64,000 nt of DNA from Wickerhamiella versatilis (lineage: Eukaryota): assembly GCA_030867685.1 (NCBI GenBank), contig JAQOWU010000007.1:1426001-1490000 (forward strand). Direction: 5' to 3'. Shown piece by piece: positions 60,307 to 64,000 of this stretch (position 1 is its first letter; each line of letters starts with the position of its first letter). Below the pieces are notes generated by a model. The model made no database searches, was not told the DNA's origin, and was given only the letters and a program-made list of their open reading frames with translations. The translations under genes and the position numbers were made by a program.

Positions 60307-63300
60307 CTAATGCTTTTTTGATTTCTTGGGCTTTTTCCGCGACATCTCCTCTTTATAAATTTCTTCGGCATTCTCCCGTTTCTTCCTATCAGGTGCTCTA
60401 ACTGCAACCTTACCACTGGCCACTCCCTTCAATGCTGTTTCGTCATCAAATTCAGCATCCTTTGAGATGGCGTACTTACGTAGATTCAGAGAATTGATAA
60501 TTTCACGACGTTTGTGCGTATCGTCATCGTCTGCCTCGTTATTCTCCTGAGCATCAGCAATAGCACCTTGTGCTTCTTCAGGTGCCTCGAAAGGTTTGTC
60601 CTCAAGACCATCCTTAATCTCTGGCAGCTCCGTGTCAATGTCATGAGCAACCACTTCCCTCCAATACGCTGCAACCTTACGCATGGTCTTCGCGAACATT
60701 GCAAGGCCCTGATTTACAGGCAAATTTAGTTCCGCAGATACCACGTCTATATCCTTTTTCTGCAGACCAATGGCCAGAAGCACAGCTTGCTGGATGCTGC
60801 TCAAAGTAAAGTCTTGAGAGAAACGGCCTTGGAAGAAAGCCATTGCCACAACAGGAACTAGATCTGTAATTACATGATGATCAACACGACTCTTTGCATA
60901 TGATTCAATGCGCTTGAGGTCATATGGTGAAAGGATGTCGTCTAGCCATTGGCGGGTCGCGGGTTGAGGCACAGGACTGGGTGTAGATTCCAGAAGACTG
61001 AGGGCTTGCACCGAAGTAAATTCTCTAAATTGATATGACAAGAGCTGCAGGAACCTTCTGCGGAAATCTCCGGAGAACTCATTCAACCAACCTTCATCGG
61101 TAAGGGAGTTTATCATAATACAAGTATGTTCACCAGTTAGGTCATTCCGGGTTTGCCGGAGATATACAGGATGATAGCCAGCACGCTTCCAGAATTTCAG
61201 AAGCGCTGGGACAAGGCCATAAGACACACCTAGGTAGTCGAGGCGGTCAGCCCTAACTTCACTTAACCTCATAAGAAGTGGAGGCATTTGCCTTGGATCT
61301 CTTGTAGATAATTTCTCTGATAGGATATGCGATTTTTCCAAATCAATATCACCGATACGCGGCGGTTCGGCATCCTGTTCCCAAATCTTTGCGTTCTCAT
61401 CAAGGTTCGTGAACTTGCCCTGGTAGAATAGAGATAATTGTTGCACTGCCCGTGCACCGTACCCCATTCCCACGTAGTCTGGGTTTGTAGCAATGCGCAC
61501 AATTCTACCACCACTGAGCTGGGCAAATGCATCATCCTGAAACTGTTGAGAAACAACCCAAGGTATAAGGTCTCCTCCTCCGCGCTTTCCAGCAGCTAAA
61601 GAGCTAAGGATGCTCTTGCGCGATATCTGACCCTCTAAGGCCACTTGAACCACACAAAGTGGCTCAGGAAGACGGCTAGGGTCCTGTTGTGGGGCTAAAA
61701 GTACGTAGAGCTGATGTGCAGGCGCGTCACTGAGCAGCTGCAAATCATTTGGTGTGTTCTTATAGTGTGACGCCACATAAAGTCCCCATAACTTGTGCAA
61801 GAACGCCTCTGATACAGGATGGAAAGAAAATAGAGTATTGCGGTTGATAGCATAAAGTTCGCATTCAGACGGATGCGGATAGCCTTTCGTCAAGGCTCGT
61901 GCGGGCTGGTTTGAGGCTGTAGCATCCAAACATAGTAACTTGTTCAGCCAAGATTCAACAGGATCCCCTGGAGCGTAACGAATTGGCTCGCTGAGCTCAA
62001 CTTCACGAAGGGTTCGCTGCGACTGTGATTGATGGCGCAATTGATCTATGAGCTTAAGACTCAGTGACCTACCAGTACCCTCATAGCCATTTATTGTAGA
62101 AGCCATGAAAACAAGATATGGGCCCATCAGCTTTTTAACAATGGGTAAAGGAATAGCCGCTGCCTCATCGATCACTACAAGTTCAGCCTGACCTAAGACT
62201 TGAGAATCCTCCGGCTGAATATACTGTATAGTCTGACGGTGCGTCTTGAATATATTAACACGCACAATAGCTTTGTTAAAAGCTGGGTTTGTCGATTGAA
62301 GAATATCATAGTCCTGATGCTCCTCAAATCCAAGAGCATCAAATCCCTTGAATATGAACTCAAAGAGAGTTTTAAGGTTCTCAGGGCTTGGACTGGTGAT
62401 AAAAATATTCGAATATCCGTGCGCAACTGCAGATGCAATTGCTAGACCCATGGCAGCAGATTTACCTCTTCCTCTTCCCGCCGTAAGGGCGACTGTGGAA
62501 CGCAAAGTTTTCTCTGATATAGCGTCAATAAAAGTAAGAATTGCCTTGGCCTGATCTGTAGTGCGACAAAGCTTGGCCAAAGGGTAAACGCCATCAACCC
62601 CCTCCAGTGATTCGAGTAAACGATCGAGTTCCGTTATTTCCTTAGTATTTTCAGGAGGAGGAAGCGGGGCAACCATGCGGCCACCTGAAATGGGCAAAAC
62701 ATTAAGCTCATCGTCCACCACTAAACAATTGGGGTTTGAACCAAGACTCAGAATAAACCGTTCATTAAAGCGAGCAACTACATCCTCGTGTGCTTCGGTA
62801 CGATATCTAGAATGCACATCCATGGTCATCGAATAGAGTTGTTTCAAACTATGCATGCTTTTCAATAGAAGAACAACGACGCCGCCCCCTTGTACTGTCT
62901 CAATCGTTCGCGCAAGTATATTAGGCGTAATGGCCTCAAAATCCTGCAGTACACACATTCCAAAGGTATTTCCGAGTATGCTATCAGTCTCCTTGTAGTA
63001 AACGTACCTTATATTCTGTAAAGTCACAAAGAGTTCAAAGGGATCTTCTGAATTTGGATCTCGAATGCCGCGCTTAACATCCCTCTTAATCTTAGCCTCT
63101 CTTTTTTGTCGGTGTGATGTGAAGCCTAAAAGCTTATTCTTATACGCCCACAACACGCTTTTGTTCATATTTAAATCTGCACTTGACATCAAATAATGCA
63201 GATTGGGTAACTGGTTGCGGGATTTGTCGCCGACAATAACAAAGAACGAGCGCTCCTTTGTTTGAGCACAATTTCGAATTAGTGTAGGAATGCGGCTATC

Positions 63301-63318
63301 AATTTTCTTTTGGCCCAT
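60307..63318 (-). CDS. KRE33: RNA cytidine acetyltransferase Kre33 (NAT10)
   Basis: KKIDSRIP, LARTIETVQGGG, TAGRGRGKSAA, DEAAAIP, SHYKNTPNDLQ, RIVRIATNP. Confidence 0.97.
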   Translation of the reverse strand: MGQKKIDSRIPTLIRNCAQTKERSFFVIVGDKSRNQLPNLHYLMSSADLNMNKSVLWAYKNKLLGFTSHRQKREAKIKRDVKRGIRDPNSEDPFELFVTLQNIRYVYYKETDSILGNTFGMCVLQDFEAITPNILARTIETVQGGGVVVLLLKSMHSLKQLYSMTMDVHSRYRTEAHEDVVARFNERFILSLGSNPNCLVVDDELNVLPISGGRMVAPLPPPENTKEITELDRLLESLEGVDGVYPLAKLCRTTDQAKAILTFIDAISEKTLRSTVALTAGRGRGKSAAMGLAIASAVAHGYSNIFITSPSPENLKTLFEFIFKGFDALGFEEHQDYDILQSTNPAFNKAIVRVNIFKTHRQTIQYIQPEDSQVLGQAELVVIDEAAAIPLPIVKKLMGPYLVFMASTINGYEGTGRSLSLKLIDQLRHQSQSQRTLREVELSEPIRYAPGDPVESWLNKLLCLDATASNQPARALTKGYPHPSECELYAINRNTLFSFHPVSEAFLHKLWGLYVASHYKNTPNDLQLLSDAPAHQLYVLLAPQQDPSRLPEPLCVVQVALEGQISRKSILSSLAAGKRGGGDLIPWVVSQQFQDDAFAQLSGGRIVRIATNPDYVGMGYGARAVQQLSLFYQGKFTNLDENAKIWEQDAEPPRIGDIDLEKSHILSEKLSTRDPRQMPPLLMRLSEVRADRLDYLGVSYGLVPALLKFWKRAGYHPVYLRQTRNDLTGEHTCIMINSLTDEGWLNEFSGDFRRRFLQLLSYQFREFTSVQALSLLESTPSPVPQPATRQWLDDILSPYDLKRIESYAKSRVDHHVITDLVPVVAMAFFQGRFSQDFTLSSIQQAVLLAIGLQKKDIDVVSAELNLPVNQGLAMFAKTMRKVAAYWREVVAHDIDTELPEIKDGLEDKPFEAPEEAQGAIADAQENNEADDDDTHKRREIINSLNLRKYAISKDAEFDDETALKGVASGKVAVRAPDRKKRENAEEIYKEEMSRKKPKKSKKH

Positions 63319-63699
63319 TTCCTGTCTAATTCTTTCAAAAAATTATTGTTACGTAATAGTCTACCAGCATATGCATTGTGAACAAAGAATGGTTTTAAGT
63401 CCGATAAATAAATGTATATTATCTTATAGCTTTCTGCTTTCATATTATCAAAGTGTGCTGTAATATTGAGCACCCATCAGCTTGTCGATTCTAGGATAGT
63501 TCGTTTCACGCTGCTGAGGATGCACTTATAAGATTACAAATTTTTATTCTTTTCGTTGTAACACCAGGACCTTTTGACTGAGGAACGCCGTTACATCGTT
63601 CTGCAGACATTCTAGCCTGGGAAATCAAGCAAGGTTCGAAGGGTTAGTTGCGGTCCACTTTCAGTTGAACCACGACATCTGTGCCCTGCGGGCCTTTAC

Positions 63700-64000
63700 A
63701 TGCATAGGTGTTTTGTGTCTAGACTTTTGTATATGAAGAGAACCATCGAGTCTGCTGCTAATCCCGTAAATGGGGCTAGAAATGGGGCTAGAAATAAAAA
63801 GCGATTCAAGTACAAGCCCAAGAAAATAGATAGCGTGAGTGCTGAGGGTGTCTTGCGCCGAGAAATTGATGAACTGCTTCGTAGTCAAGGGCTTGATCCT
63901 GCAGCCGCAAAATATGACATGGCCGCATTCTTTGCACGCGATCGGAGTAAGCCATGGCCAGGACATGTCGAGGTGCAAGTTGATGTTGTAGCTTTAAGCT
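63700..64000 (+). CDS. TRM2: tRNA (uracil-54-C5)-methyltransferase Trm2, 5' part (runs off window end)
   Basis: Absent from the ORF track. Manual translation MHRCFVSRLLY-MKRTIES...KYKPKKIDSVSAEGVLRREIDELLRSQ...VQVDVVALS stays open to the end and resembles the Trm2 N-terminal region as recalled. Confidence 0.72.
   Translation, partial: MHRCFVSRLLYMKRTIESAANPVNGARNGARNKKRFKYKPKKIDSVSAEGVLRREIDELLRSQGLDPAAAKYDMAAFFARDRSKPWPGHVEVQVDVVALS
63769..63792 (+). repeat. Perfect 12-bp in-frame tandem duplication (AATGGGGCTAGA x2, NGAR-NGAR)
   Basis: Read directly from the sequence. Confidence 0.9.

Noticed and set aside
63319..63699. Acetylation-guide snoRNA (snR4/snR45/U13-like) next to KRE33
   Set aside because: No C/D boxes or 18S-complementary stretch found by eye.
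1..64000. Bacterial horizontally transferred genes, transposons, CRISPR arrays or a metabolic gene cluster
   Set aside because: Every recognisable protein looks like a fungal orthologue. There are no transposase, reverse-transcriptase, LTR or repeat-spacer signatures, and neighbours are functionally unrelated apart from RRP3-SSF1.

Overview
Gene-dense 64-kb window from the nuclear genome of a budding yeast (Saccharomycotina). CTG decodes as Leu at conserved positions, e.g. the kinase motif TMLCGF. I find about 42 protein-coding genes (two truncated by the window edges), none needing an intron to give a complete ORF, plus two intronless tRNA genes (Lys-UUU, Phe-GAA). There are no transposons, CRISPR arrays, rRNA or recognisable bacterial-origin genes. 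The gene set includes gephyrin/CnxE, peroxisomal Lon, an HGT1-type sugar porter and a GT31 glycosyltransferase. That set, with the extreme compaction, suggests an early-branching Dipodascales-type yeast such as Wickerhamiella/Starmerella (inference only). Content is mostly housekeeping, and I cannot establish a new multi-gene system. The best leads are five. (1) An Rbd2-like rhomboid appears to have lost both catalytic residues. (2) A hairpin-rich non-coding segment at about 41.95-42.19 kb has telomerase-RNA-like topology (speculative). (3) A TTAC(C)TAA/TGACTAA motif recurs just upstream of many start codons. (4) Head-to-head genes lie only 14-69 bp apart. (5) An M18 aminopeptidase's conserved N-terminus appears to begin upstream of its first AUG. 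Identities come from motif recognition and recalled S. cerevisiae orthologues; no database search was run.
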